A DNA stretch of 62,317 bases, counting the filler, from Circinaria calcarea (Eukaryota), in assembly GCA_051942165.1 (NCBI GenBank). It is 9 parts of 9 records of this genome, joined end to end, with 100 filler letters (N's around TTAATTAATTAA, not from the genome) between each part and the next. Parts side by side here need not be neighbours in the genome. Positions count along the whole stretch, not along the records: positions 6,959 to 13,799 come from JAVECS010001475.1; positions 13,900 to 20,738 come from JAVECS010001476.1; positions 20,839 to 27,672 come from JAVECS010001477.1; 6 more parts are not named here. One strand, 5' to 3'. The notes below the pieces were generated by a model that had not been told where the DNA came from, ran no database searches, and saw nothing but the letters and a program-made list of their open reading frames with translations. Positions 11,746-24,109 of this stretch are shown piece after piece (position 1 is the first letter of the stretch; each line of letters opens with the position of its first letter). Made by a program: the position numbers and the translations under genes.

Positions 11746-13112
11746 ATGGAGCCAATACTATATTCGTCAACTTGCCCAAACTCTTTTGTTGCGGATTGCA
11801 TGGAAAAAGGTCAAATTTGTCATATTGAGGGCTCTCCGGATCAGTCGCAGGTCCTACCAAATCTAATTCCACCTTCCAATGCCTCTACTGTTTCAACTTG
11901 CGGTATTTCTAAATTATGTTAGGGTTCAAATCCGATATCCGGGAAATCTGCTGATATTGGAGCTTAGGGCTGTCCAGACTGCTTCGACTTTTAAAAACAC
12001 AACGGACTGCGAAAGATATTGATTTTGGGACTATACAGAGATCAAGTTGGCAATCCCCCCTAGGTCTTCGACAGAGATGTAAGTACTGATTACATTCAGT
12101 CGATGAATGCCCCCAGGGTTTCCCAAGATTCGCCGCTTTCCAAGACAGCGACGAAAACTTCATGATGTACCGTAAATTCGGATTTCTCCGCTCACGGCTA
12201 CTACTGTACAAACAAGATGAGCTAGGAGCTTTGGAGAAGCAGCTTGATGCCATGGACCAGCATGATTCTGTACACCGACGAAAATGCCTAATGGCAAGGG
12301 ATCTAGACGACGCTCGGAAGCCGCAGCTCCGCAAGCAACTTCTCGAGTGTATCGAGCAGAAACTTTACAGTTATGGTCTCTACCACTCCCTCTCTCGGAT
12401 TTCCGTTCCTTCTTCCACTGATTTGATTCCGTGCTGACCATGAGAAGATCGACTAGTAATGAAGACTCGACAGTTCTTGGAGATGAACCGCCCCTCAACG
12501 CGAGATTACAACAGCGTTAAGAGCTACCTGTGGACCAAGAAACCCTTCTTCAAGGATGGACTCCAGTTTATTCGCCGCAAGGAAGATTTCATAACAATCC
12601 GCAAAGGGCGAGACAACGCTTGGTTCGACGGTTTCTTTGAGGATATCCTGAAACTTATTCCTTGTCGGGCAATTGACGTGCGTTTTGTATCTTGCCCCAC
12701 AAACTCAATATCACTTACATCTTGATCCAGTACCTTTTCTGCAGCAAAGAGAAACGCGCCAAGTCTACGGACCCAGATCTCAAACCCTATTCCAAAGACA
12801 GGATAGACCGCTTTATAGGTCTGGTGCACGGCATGTTAGTTCTCCTCTTGCTTCTGCTTCCGGTCTATATGCTTTACAAACTCAGTCGGAGAGGTGATAT
12901 GACATCGGTGTCTGTGGGTGTGATGTTGGTGTTCACCCTTGCCTTCGCGCTTGTGCTCTCCCTTTTCACCAGGGCCAAAAGTCACGAGATCCTGGCTGCA
13001 TGTGCAGCGTGAGTAACATCTCTATTGTATCTCTAAGAACTTAAACTAAGGGAATCTCTACAGTTACTGTGCTGTCATGGTGGTTTTTATTGGAAATCTG
13101 AAAGGCACATAG
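11746..13112 (+). CDS. DUF6594-family membrane protein (multi-exon; start tentative)
   Basis: DECPQGFPRFAAFQDSDENFMMYRKFGFLRSRLLLYKQDELGALEKQL, LEMNRPSTRDYNSV, three C-terminal hydrophobic helices and terminal HEILAACAAYCAVMVVFIG, all typical of DUF6594. Confidence 0.82.
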
Positions 13113-13540
13113 TAATTCAATTTTCCCTAAAAAAATCAACAAAAGTGTTATACGAGTATTTGCGATAGGAATTTGAATAGGGAAAACGTGGATTTACGGA
13201 CCTAGAATACAGGAATGTGTGAAAGGGGGGAGTGAAATGGAAATTGACTCAAGGCTTAAAAACGCGTACTTGGAGAGATGAGAAATTGAAAATTTGAGCT
13301 ATCTCGGATTGGTTTTACTCTTTCCCCCTAATAGGAAACTCGGTAATGTGGAAAAGATACTATATACAATGAGAATCACGGCTGTTGGAAATTCACTCTG
13401 GAACCCGATTAGACTTAGCGGCGTATTGCCTTCCATACCATAAAAGGCGAGCACACACACATAGAAATTCAAGCAACCTTGAAATCATGCATGTCCATAA
13501 GCCCTTCGTTCAACAACCATTTCCAACAGTCATCACCTCA

Positions 13541-13702
13541 TTACATTATCTTCCGTGAACGAAGCTTCACATTCAACGCCGACTTATCCCACAGCATAAA
13601 CACCTTCTGCTCGTTCCAGTTCGCCGACTCAGGGCATAATTCCACGTCGAAATTCCAGAGCATGCGCGCGAGGATGGAGCGCATTTCGGCCCAGGCAAGG
13701 TT
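13541..13702 (-). CDS. Cytochrome P450, last exon only (rest beyond contig end)
   Basis: After a CAG acceptor: NLAWAEMRSILARMLWNFDVELCPESANWNEQKVFMLWDKSALNVKL...*, the region that follows the heme Cys in fungal CYPs. Confidence 0.8.
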   Translation of the reverse strand, partial: NLAWAEMRSILARMLWNFDVELCPESANWNEQKVFMLWDKSALNVKLRSRKIM

Positions 13703-14629
13703 CTGTGATGTGATGAAAGGCGAGAGTGTCAGTCAAAGATGGTGGGTATGGTTTTTGTTGAGGGTATTTGGTGGGGTGGAGGAAGTATGGAAGGGGAATN
13801 NNNNNNNNNNNNNNNNNNNNNNNNNNNNNNNNNNNNNNNNNNNTTAATTAATTAANNNNNNNNNNNNNNNNNNNNNNNNNNNNNNNNNNNNNNNNNNNNC
13901 TACTACACGACCTATTGGTGGAACCACTCACTTTTGTATTGAAGGTTGTCTGACTAGCTACGCTCTGCTGGCAGAGATATACTTCTGCCACTATTACGCT
14001 AAGCCCTATTGGGTGTATGCTATGACTATAGTCATAACTATTGTCATAACAGTTAGCTATTAGGAATGCACCGTATTTTAACTCTTGGCTGTTATTCCAA
14101 GATTGTTGGCTGGTAATTCGCCCACCGCTTCCCTTCCTTTTCTTTTCCTTTCCTTTCCTTTCATTCTTCAATCTTTAGTACCTTCCCCTCCCTTCCCCTC
14201 TCCTCTCCCACCCCCTGCTCGTGGTTTGTTATACGTTGTCCCTCACTGATCTGGGCTGGGCTGGTTGGTTGGTTATAGTCATGGTGATGGTGATGAGTAA
14301 TAATGGGTCATGATTGATAATGAAGAAAATGTCCTGTCTAGCTTAAAGGCACGGATTAATGAGAAAAGGAAAGGGGGAAAGGACAGAGGACAGAGGACAG
14401 TGTACTCAGGGGGATGGAGGAGATGCAGTTGAGAGTTAGAGCTAGAGCCTAGACTTTCTAGTTTTCTGAAGTTCATGTATCGAGCATGTTCCGTCATACA
14501 CCCCTCTTCCCCCTCCCTTTTTAGGACAGCCCTTCCTTCATCCGTCATCTATAAACTTTCCAGCCATGAGTAGCAAACCAACTACGCCTGCACTCCACCC
14601 CTTCCCATTCCCATCCACCACTCCTCGTC

Positions 14630-15907
14630 TTACTCCCCCCACTTCTTCGCCACCATTCCCTCAGGCGGACTCGTCTCCACCCGTCCTTTCCCCACCTCCG
14701 CCCAATTCGTACTTAGCGCCGTCCCGTTGCTCTCCTGGTAACTTTTCATCATCGCGCGCTGCGTATCCGGGTCCGCGCCTGCAAAGAGCTTCTTGAAGAA
14801 CCCATTCACCGGGTCGCCTTCTTCAATGTATTCGTCTTCTTCTTCTTCTTCCTCCTCGGCGGGAACTGAGGGGTCAGAGGAAGAGGCGGCAGGTTTCTTG
14901 GGTTTCTTCTTCGGGGCGGTAAGATCGGTGGCTAATTTGTCCCAGTTTTTGGGACCGGTTTTGGAGGATGTGGGATAAATGGGTGCGGAGGTGAGGGGTT
15001 TGTTGGTACTGGTAGGACTGAGGATAGCGCGTTTGACGGCGTCATCGGGGCCGATGTCTGAAGGGGTATCTGAACTTGGGAGGGGTGACGCGCTTTCGAT
15101 TGATGACCACTTCTGGCCTGGGGTCGCCTTTTGGAGGATGAATTCGACTTTTGTGGACATGATTTTATGGCTTGATGATTTGGGGTCAATGGCGGCGAAG
15201 AGGGGATCGAGGGAGAAATCAAAGTCCGAGCCTGCGGGGAGGGGAAAAGAGATTGCCATTGATTGGGATTGGATGTCGATTGTTGATTTGTCTTTTGGTA
15301 CACCTTTGGCGAAGAGAGTAACAACGACAGTATCATTGGTCTGGTACCATTCATGGCGGATCTTGTTCGCCGGGGTTTGTACACCTTCGACCTTCGGCTC
15401 TTTGACCGCCGCTGGTTTCTCAACCTTCTCACCCTCCTCCTCGACCTTCTTTACCTCCTTGCCAAGTGCATCTGTGTTGACATCCGGCATCTCCTTGACA
15501 CTTGCAGCTCCCCTCTCATCACCTAATTCCAAAGCGTCCAGTTTCCCTTTGACCTTCATTTCCCAAATCGGAAGGCTCCCTTCCTTGGGGGTCAACTTCT
15601 TGGCCCAGCCGAAGCAAGCCCCAGCATCCGCCCATCTTTCCAGCCCGAACAAGGCAATTCCCCGCCGTAGTTGTGCCTGAGCTATCAACTCCCGTTTTCC
15701 ACGCTTGTGAGCGAGTACAACAGCAGTTTCAGCATCGGAGAGAGCGAGGGTGTGATCGGGAGGAGAGGTGCGTGTATAGGCAGTAGACCTTTTGATATAG
15801 TAATCTACACCTTGAGGATGAGAGGAGATGGCGCGTGTATAGTGGGAGATTGCAGAGGTAAAGTCCTTGGATGCAAGGGCGGCAGCGCCTTGAGCGGCAG
15901 CGTCCAT
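14630..15907 (-). CDS. SGT1: Hsp90 co-chaperone Sgt1 (TPR-CS-SGS)
   Basis: N-terminal TPR-like helices, CS domain (KIRHEWYQTNDTVVVTLFAKG), SGS domain (YPTSSKTGPKNWDKL...FFKKLFAGADPDTQRAMMKSYQESNGTALSTNW). Single ORF. Confidence 0.95.
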   Translation of the reverse strand: MDAAAQGAAALASKDFTSAISHYTRAISSHPQGVDYYIKRSTAYTRTSPPDHTLALSDAETAVVLAHKRGKRELIAQAQLRRGIALFGLERWADAGACFGWAKKLTPKEGSLPIWEMKVKGKLDALELGDERGAASVKEMPDVNTDALGKEVKKVEEEGEKVEKPAAVKEPKVEGVQTPANKIRHEWYQTNDTVVVTLFAKGVPKDKSTIDIQSQSMAISFPLPAGSDFDFSLDPLFAAIDPKSSSHKIMSTKVEFILQKATPGQKWSSIESASPLPSSDTPSDIGPDDAVKRAILSPTSTNKPLTSAPIYPTSSKTGPKNWDKLATDLTAPKKKPKKPAASSSDPSVPAEEEEEEEDEYIEEGDPVNGFFKKLFAGADPDTQRAMMKSYQESNGTALSTNWAEVGKGRVETSPPEGMVAKKWGE

Positions 15908-16729
15908 GTTGGGGGAAAATACAGAGCAGGAGAAATCTTTCGTGCTCAAATAATATGGTACTCCCTTGGTTCCATTTGAATGTCGTCTGTGAAAGAGTGT
16001 GAGAGGCGGTCAGTATCCGCATGTCTCAAAATGCCCAGGCAGCATCCGATCAATGGAAATCCGGGGAAGCTTCACGAGTTGATCGACGGCGCTAGCGATT
16101 AGCGCAGCTGCCAGCTACGAGCTAAAAACTCTCAACGTTAGTCGTTTTAGCTTAGTTAAGCTTTATTGGAGCCATGCAGTAATACCGGGGTTAATAATAT
16201 AATTCCTAAACATCATTGCTTCATGTACCTGGTCACGAGTAGCATCGGATGGGCATTAATCGTTAGCGCGGCATCAAAATCATTAAGATTCTAATTAAAC
16301 GATAATAATATTACAGAGTTCTTTTTAACTTCAGTGTTATTGTTTATTACTAGTATTATGAATTTACTTCCACTACTTCCTTTACCCACCCTTTTATCTT
16401 CATCACCACCTCCACGATGCTAGGCACCGAAATTTAGATGTTAAGAACAGAGGGTTATGCACTACGTGGATGTTATGGCGCCAGCACCATGATATGTACT
16501 AAACCCAGAATAGGCTAACCCCGGAACGGAGGAACCATGGGACCGGTTGCTCAGTGTGCTCATGGAGATGATATATAAGCAGGCTATTCCCGCTCTTTAG
16601 AATAGTATGCTTATAGAACCATAACGAGTTCAATATACTCCTTTTATATTGAGCCTAGGGCAACAGTTCAACTACACCCTATATAATCGTGCTACTACCA
16701 ATCGGGACCTATCATATTCCTCAATAGGC

Positions 16730-16905
16730 CCCAAGGATTGCAGCGCCCTTACAGTGGAACCAGGCGACGGAGCGGGTGAACTACCATAATCCCCGCAATA
16801 CACACATAGCATAGCTTTGCTATGCAATTCCATTAGTGAAGTCCATACACATAGACTGGTAGTTACCATAGCTAATACAGCCTATTCCACCTCCATTAAT
16901 TCACA
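16730..16905 (-). mobile_element. Degenerate solo LTR, same family as 29450-29620
   Basis: Reverse complement begins TGTGAATTAATGGAGGTGGAATAGGCTGTATTAGCTATGGTAACTACC..., matching 29450 onward over about 130 bp. The left boundary is approximate. Confidence 0.7.
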
Positions 16906-17859
16906 TTAGACAAGCCTTTTTAGTATCTAATCTACATTAGACATCGATTTACTAGCGCCGCTCCCACGACTAATACCCTTCCGACCAAAGTATGTCCAGG
17001 CTGTGTAGCTTACCATTGCAGCGAGAAACGACCTACGAGAGTAGGCGGGATCATACTGTGGTCGGATGCGTATTAGCTGTTAACTCAGCACTAGTACTTC
17101 AATGCGCAATGCAGCTAGTGCCTCGTCATCTGCCAGTAAGATCAGCCAAAAATTTTAATGGCTTTATAGCTGATGCCCATCCGACCACAGTATATTCGGC
17201 AATTGTCTTGGCCAAGCTGTGTTATTGGTTTCTTTCACGGACGCAGAGCTTATCAGTATCCGCCTACATGTTCGAGTTGATCATGACAGAGCTCGCTAGA
17301 GATTTTAAGTCTTATATTTGGGGAGGTATAAACGTTCATGGATATGCAGCGAGTCTACTCCAGGTGATACCTAATGATACTGTAGGACGACAAGGTAACC
17401 GTGCCGTCGATTTCATACCTATGAACCTTTTCAGGAACCAGCACTGTCCGGGCTGTTTAAAAGAAGCGGTGCTTCGCAAGGTAATGCTAGGATCTGGAAG
17501 AGGTACCTTGGGCACTAACGCCGCATTATACTACACGACTCATTTAAATTAAAATTATTGGCATACCCCCCCCTGCCGTTGGAAACTCGGTCCTCATCCC
17601 AAGCTGTCGTCTCATCTTGTCTGAACTTAACCTATTTTATTAGTTTTTAACCCCCATCACAAACGCAGAGTACCCCTCTAATTGGACTCATAAGAGCGGC
17701 GTTTTCGAATAGGCCGGAGGTACACCGAAGTGAATTCTTTCAAGAACAATCCGTCTGCCAGTCTTGGACTCGTTGGCCTTATTAATATCTCTCAAAACAT
17801 TCTTTATCCGTTTACGACATAGTTGATCATGTGACCTAGAGTTGCTCCATATGGCGCCG

Positions 17860-19724
17860 TCCATGAAAGTTCACCATGGCACCCGGGGATTTGGGAACGC
17901 TTCCCATACCTTGGTATAGGTTCTCTTCTCGGAGCCGCTTTAAGTATCTGCGCGGCGGTCATTTTTTATCGTTACCTCCGATCAGAAGCCGGTATCAAAT
18001 TCTCAAATTAGCATTACCGCGGTGATACACTTCATATTCAGCCCTGTACACTGCTGGCTACTTAATCCGCTCTTACAAATGTGCTCCTAGGTCTTGATTT
18101 CTCCCAGGCCGTGACTATAGCCTGGTGGTTGCGAGCACTTCAAGGAACCACGGTTAAAAAGCTACATCGATCATGGAGCTACGGCCAAGCCTTTGGGCGG
18201 CACTATCATCTGGAACTAACTTCAATCTAATCGCCTTGGCAGCTGTTCTGACTAATGTTGCTATCATTAATGGCCCACTACTACAACGAGCATCAAGTAC
18301 CGGCTTACTTTCTGCGACAACCCTCGGGATGCTAACTGTCCCAGTATCGCTAGAACCTTTTGTGACAAACGGAACAGGTTTCACTACTCAGGGTGCCTGG
18401 GTTACTAGGAGCGTCCGTGATACTTTATCATTCTCAACTTTGTTCGCAGGCGTTCTCCGGGCTTTCAATTGTAGAACCAACATAATAATCCCCAATTCGG
18501 GCTGCGAAGGCGACTGCGAGTTTACAATTCTAGTCGCTGGCTTCGATGTGTCTTGCAATGCTGTTCCGGTATCTGGGACTCTTCCGGACTACACAATATC
18601 AGGTAGAAGTGCTGCGATATTCTCCATAAACATAGACCATGGATACGACGATCATCAAAATTCCTCCGGATATTATCCGTCCCATGGGGTGAACCAAATC
18701 CAAGTTAAGACCTTCTTCAAGAGCCAGCCTGGCTTCGACGGGGGCTTTATCAGTCATACATGCTCACTCCGCGAAAACATCGGTAAATACACACTTCATC
18801 TTTACCAATGACACAGTTACCTCCATTCCACTTCCATCTTCAAACGTTACGGAACAGCTCATTACTCGGGGAAAAGTGTCCCTCGGAGTGGGAAGTTTTG
18901 AATCTACTATTGGAGGAATTTGGCTCGCTCTCTCAAACCGGTTCAGATGTAGCGCCGAAATCACATCGGCTGATCAATTTTATAGGTTGGGCTGGAATGT
19001 AACTTTAGGTGGCTCAGTGTACACGGAATATGTCGATAGCAGCAATGATGCTCTCGCCACTGAAAATATGACATGGACAGATCCTATGGCAGATATTCTA
19101 GCCATGGCACATGAGCTCTCATTTCGATATGCCCTTGCGAGTACTGTCGAGAAGGCACCGACTTATACTCCTAATCATTATTCTTCAATTTATATTTGGA
19201 ATCTTGGCTTCCCAACAGCATTCCCTTTTAATCAAACTGTACAAGCCAGCCAAGTGTCAAAAATCAACGTCTATATCTCTCACCGGAACTACCTGGCAGG
19301 TGCTGTGGTCTTGATCCTGTTCAGCTACTTCAGCATAATCTATTACGGGTGGTGGAGGCTGGGCCGGTTGTTTTCGTAATCGCCAATCGAAATTGCCAAA
19401 GCGTTTAACGCACCCCTACTCGCCGATGTAAACAGCAACGACGAGGCTACTATCATAGTCCGTGCGGTTGGGGGAAAGGAAGTCCGATATGGCACAACGG
19501 ATGTCTTGGGATCAGGGGGTCGCCGGGACCAGATTATTGGAATGGAAAGCAGTGCTACCGAATTGGAGTGGATGAACGATGCAAGGAAGTCTGGAAGGGC
19601 GAAGAAGATGACTTATGAGCCGGTGCTAAACGAGCGAGAAATCCAAGCGCCGCAGCAGCGACTAGAAATCATCGGCTCTCTACAATCTGTCCGTCCTCCT
19701 CTCCCCGCCGACGAGTTTATTTAA
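17860..19724 (+). pseudogene. Disabled DUF3176-like fungal membrane protein gene
   Basis: Recognisable blocks PWHPGIWERFPYLG, IQPCTLLA, TIAWWLRALQGTTVKKLHRSW, GPLLQRAS and GWWRLGRLFS*SPIEIAKAFNAPLL. They are broken by frameshifts near 17965, 18188 and 18802 and by in-frame TAA stops near 18063 and 19377. Confidence 0.7.
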
Positions 19725-20838
19725 CGATACCTGAAATACGAGTCATTGCTGTGTTTGGTTTTCTTCTTTAGGCGGTATTACTTGTACGAACTTATGCTTA
19801 TCTTCTAAGTTCTACTTTTTACCAAGATGGGGTTTTATTTCGCGACCTGCTTTGAACACTAGCATCTTAATCACACAAAACTTCTTTCTTTCTACTTGCC
19901 TCGTGTCTAGCTAAGGAGGGCTCCACTGTTAGTATATATTCGGATATTCACACCGTCCACGCACCCATCCTCTCTCTCGCTACGTCACTTCCTCCAACCC
20001 TTTCCCAAAAATACCCTTTCAAGTACCTTCTTTCACCATCCCCCAACCCAATGAGGGGTAACCTTCGCACCAACCAGCCTCGAACGACTATTACCACATT
20101 TCCCTGTCCGATTTTTCCTTTTTCCGTCAAGAGCAACACTCCTTCCCCTTCCACTCGCCTTCAATCTCCCATCCCTATTCCCATCCCTTTCCGTTTTCCC
20201 CAAACCTCAACACCACCCTCTTCCCCCTCTTCCCCAATTCCACATAACATAAGTCCTCGCAAATTCGAAGTCCCCTCCCGGGCCCCAGTATTCCAAGCCC
20301 ATTCCCACAATAGACAACAGACAAGGTTCCATCCACCACTTTGATTTTGAAATCCCGTTCCCTTCCCTTCCCTTCCTTCCCCCCCTCCTTGCCGGTTCCC
20401 AATTCCATCGCAACTCTAAAACCATAAACATGCACGCACGCACGCACACAGCCCAACCTAACTGAGTCGACCGGGAACGAAAACGGAACGCATCAAACCA
20501 GACTCCCCCCCAGTCCCGTCCCCAAAAAATAACAAGAACCGTCAGAATCGTCAGATCAGAGTCTTGCAAGCGATATTAAGATCATATCTTAAGCGCTGGC
20601 TTCGTAAAATTCGTAAACTCGTAATTTTTTTTGGGCTCGTTACTTCTTACTTCTTACTTCTTAGCTCTTACTCCGAGCCCCTCGAGATAGGGGGGGGGGA
20701 AAGAAAAGATGAACAAAAAAGATGACGCCGGGGGGAGGNNNNNNNNNNNNNNNNNNNNNNNNNNNNNNNNNNNNNNNNNNNNTTAATTAATTAANNNNNN
20801 NNNNNNNNNNNNNNNNNNNNNNNNNNNNNNNNNNNNNN

Positions 20839-21155
20839 CCTTCCTCCTCCTCCTCCTCTCCCTGCAAACCCTCCTCCTCGTCACCGCCGGGCCCGCCATG
20901 CTCGCCCTGCGCGTCGGTTCCGCCATCGGCAGCGTCGTCTCCTCCTCCTCCTCCTCCAAGAATAACAAAAACCCGAAAAAACAACGGAGCCTGTTGCAAG
21001 GGCTTTCGCCGGTCGAGAAAAGGATCGTCGCGAGCTTGGTGGCGGATGAGGGCTTTGTGAGGGCGGTAAGGGATGTGAGGGAGAGGGAAAGGGAAAGGGG
21101 TGTTTGGGAGAGGGAGGCCAGGGAGAGGGAAGTGGAAGGTTTATACTATATTTGA
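20839..21155 (+). CDS. 3' end of an unidentified gene (partial at contig start)
   Basis: Frame is open from the contig edge (FLLLLLSLQTLLLVTAGPAMLALRVG...SPVEKRIVASLVADEGFVRAVRDVRE...*), with a hydrophobic stretch followed by a charged tail. Confidence 0.4.
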
Positions 21156-21631
21156 GAGGGAGACGGAACCGGAGACTGGTTAGGATTTGAGTGAGGGACG
21201 CAGACGCGGAGGCGGATGCGGACACGGGAGCGGACATCTCCCGGTGAAGCAAAGCGCGGTGAATAGGGACGAGACTGGAGTGGGGACGGAGGGGAAGTTT
21301 GTTTACCTGCGCTGGTCGTTTGGCAAGGACCCCGAGGTCGAGGAGTTATAAAATAGGCATTTCGCACCGGTTCTCAGGCCGAGGCCTTCCTTTCACGTCC
21401 CGCGCCAGCTCATCACTGCTACCATCTACAGGTACGTTTTACGGGAAAGAGTCCAGTGATTTGAAAAGATCTAGTCACGCCCGTTTGTGGTTTGTTGGAT
21501 ATGAATAGCTATCTTGTGGCCAAAAGCTCCCGTAGCATTATGATCCATCCCTTTTTTCCCCGTAATCAATATCTCGAGGGATAGAATAAATGTCATGGTG
21601 GTGTGATCATTACTCGACAGCTTCGTGTTTT

Positions 21632-22925
21632 CTACACAAAGGATTCGCACGAAGGTCCATTTTGCAAGTTCGCAGTCGACCTCGACCCATCCTCGCTTAT
21701 CGAACCCACACCGCAAGATGGCACTGGCAACGACAATCCACCCGACCCAAAAGAGCCATGTATCGTCCTTCCATTCTCACGTATCATGGTCCTCATACCT
21801 GCCACTGGAGCCCCACCTGCCACACAACTGGGACTTAGCGGTATACCCGGCGCATCCTTTTCCCGTTCTTGCCCACTGGATTGCCACGGCGAGAGCCGCT
21901 TGAGACTCCTCCGAGTCTTGTTGTCGACCATGACGATTCGGAATGCGTTGATGGAGATCATGATGACACCCACGCACGCTTCCACTTCCAACCAGAAAAC
22001 CCACCAGAGGGTATACCTTGGGGCGCCATAGGTTCGCACGACCGAGACGCGGACAATGGCGATGATGATCATGAAGACGCTGAGGCAAAGGACACTTCCG
22101 AGGCCAAACTTCAAACGGAGATTGAGCTTGGATTGCCAGAGAAGCCAGACTGGGATGGAAATCACTAACGGTGAAACTTTTTAGCCATTATCCAGGTTGA
22201 TGGTCGTAGGAGTTTAAGAGAAGCTTACGCATGGCGTCAGCAATAATGTCGCTTATGAAGGTGAAGTATATGAGCACATGTTGCCTGCGCCGAGCTTGTG
22301 GATCAGGACATTCTACATAATATCAGTCTAAGCAACTTCACGCTCGGGAGGGCCTCCGGGACTCTCAAAACTCACGTATCAAGGCAGAGCCCCCATTCGG
22401 ACAGTGGACCAGATTCGCCGCGATATCCGCGAGTCCAATCAAGATGATGGAAGCTAAGATGCACCACCACCAGATGGTCAAGTAGCGCAAACGTCGGATC
22501 AGGCTCCGGAAGAAGAAGAGAAAAGAGAATTTGACTGCGAAAATGGACACCCAAGCGAGTACCTGGCCGACAAAGTACATCGTCACGGTAGTCGGCCTTT
22601 GCTTCCCAAATTCCCACGGCGATACTCCTTCTCCCGCTGCAATGCCAAGCTCCACGTATAGTGTCGGAATGGTCAGATAAAGGAGAGCGGTCCCTGCAAT
22701 CAGACTGGCTACTCCGAGGAAGAGGAAGTAATCGTCGACGTAGATTTGGCGGAATTTCTGGAGCCGAATTACTGTTCTAGCACCGGCGGCCAGAAGTGCA
22801 AGGGCAAACACCGTGCCGACAGTTCCCTGAATATGGGTTGTTAGAAGCATACAAACGAGAAATATATAGTATCACTGCCATACATGATATGCTGCTAAGC
22901 TTATATGGCTTCCCGATACCGACAT
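21632..22925 (-). CDS. Pth11-like (fungal rhodopsin-domain) 7TM protein, no CFEM
   Basis: MSVSGSHISLAAYH / GTVGTVFALAL..ARTVIRL..YVDDYFL..SIFAVKFSFLFFFRSL / ..ISIPVWLLWQSKLNLRLKFGLGSVLCLSVFMIIIAIVR..WLEVEACVGVI. Confidence 0.85.
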
Positions 22926-24109
22926 GATGAGTCCACCGACCGTACTGCAGGAGAGATTCGGTTAAGTGTAATATAAAGAGATATTGCAAGCTCAAAGTGA
23001 GGATTAGAGCAGCAGCTCGAGTTAGCAGCGTGTCCTGCTGAGCGACTTCATACAAGGCAACAAAGGCCGGTCATATCAGATTACCACCGCGCATCTTTAT
23101 TAAACAAGGCATAGTAGTATTCTCGGTGGAACCTGTAAGAGAGCGAGCGCATAACGCTGAATGCTAGAGGACGAAACCAAATACCCTTTGACTGCCGAGC
23201 AACTGCGAGACCATGGCAAAATTGAAAAGCCTGTGGCCTATCGTTGAACTCGCTCGCAATTTACCGGAAAGCTGATATGCTGTATGACATTGTGACAGGT
23301 TGGCGATACGGAGCTTCGATGGCTCTGATTGGTTGTATGCACGCAAAATGCCTTGCATGATGCATATTGCCAAGAGAGATGCCCCTCGAAAAGGCCTGCC
23401 TGTTTTTGCGCAGCGTCATTGATCACCCATAACTTATAAGCCAATGTAACAGTCCCAAAGGCAGATGCAGTTCGCTAAGGTAGGCGGTGCTGATGGATGG
23501 TAAATCTGCAATTCAAAAGATCAGCTTTGGCAAATCCCACCCTCGCGCAAATAGATACCCAGCGCCATACCTAAGGGAATATGCCGTTGTCGACTTTATA
23601 TTCCCTCGATTACATCCAACAGTTCTTGTATTTCTAGCCCGTTCGCTCAACACATTCTCCAGTTCTTCATCTGACTCTCGTTATTTACTTACTTGCAGTG
23701 AGATGGATCCACTCTGCCGGGGAGCGAGTGGAAGAGTGGGAGTAGAACCGCCAGCGGCAAGGGAGAAAGAGAGAAAACGACTGAGATTTTATAAGCAAGG
23801 CCTTTAGTCCTGCAGCCCGATCATGGGTCTTGGTCCTCCGTGATGCACTATCAATTACAGTCCAAGGGACCTAAACTCCAAGAACAATTCATAGTACATC
23901 AACAGTCCGGCCGACATCACCGCAACAAGCTTATTCTCATGAAGAGCCTTCCTCACAAGGCTATTAAGGCTGACTATAAGAAGGTGGGGGGAGGTCAAAA
24001 AGGGGCTTGGGGAAACGGTCGACGTAATGATGAGATTAGATGTTGCAAAGTTCGGATTAGGAATAGGATTGAACTGCTGTACGAGAGCAACGCCCGCGAA
24101 GTCTTTAAA

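Noticed and set aside
14979..15680. Long antisense ORFs over SGT1 (similar cases: 26542-27174, 56484-57263)
   Set aside because: Shadow frames of real genes with no recognisable motifs.
16992..17552. 186-aa ATG-started ORF
   Set aside because: No motif or family recognised, and it lies in repeat-adjacent intergenic DNA, so I cannot support it as a gene.
19948..20738. Several short ORFs and simple repeats (GCAC, TTACTTC, poly-G)
   Set aside because: Low-complexity pyrimidine/purine-biased intergenic sequence near a contig end.
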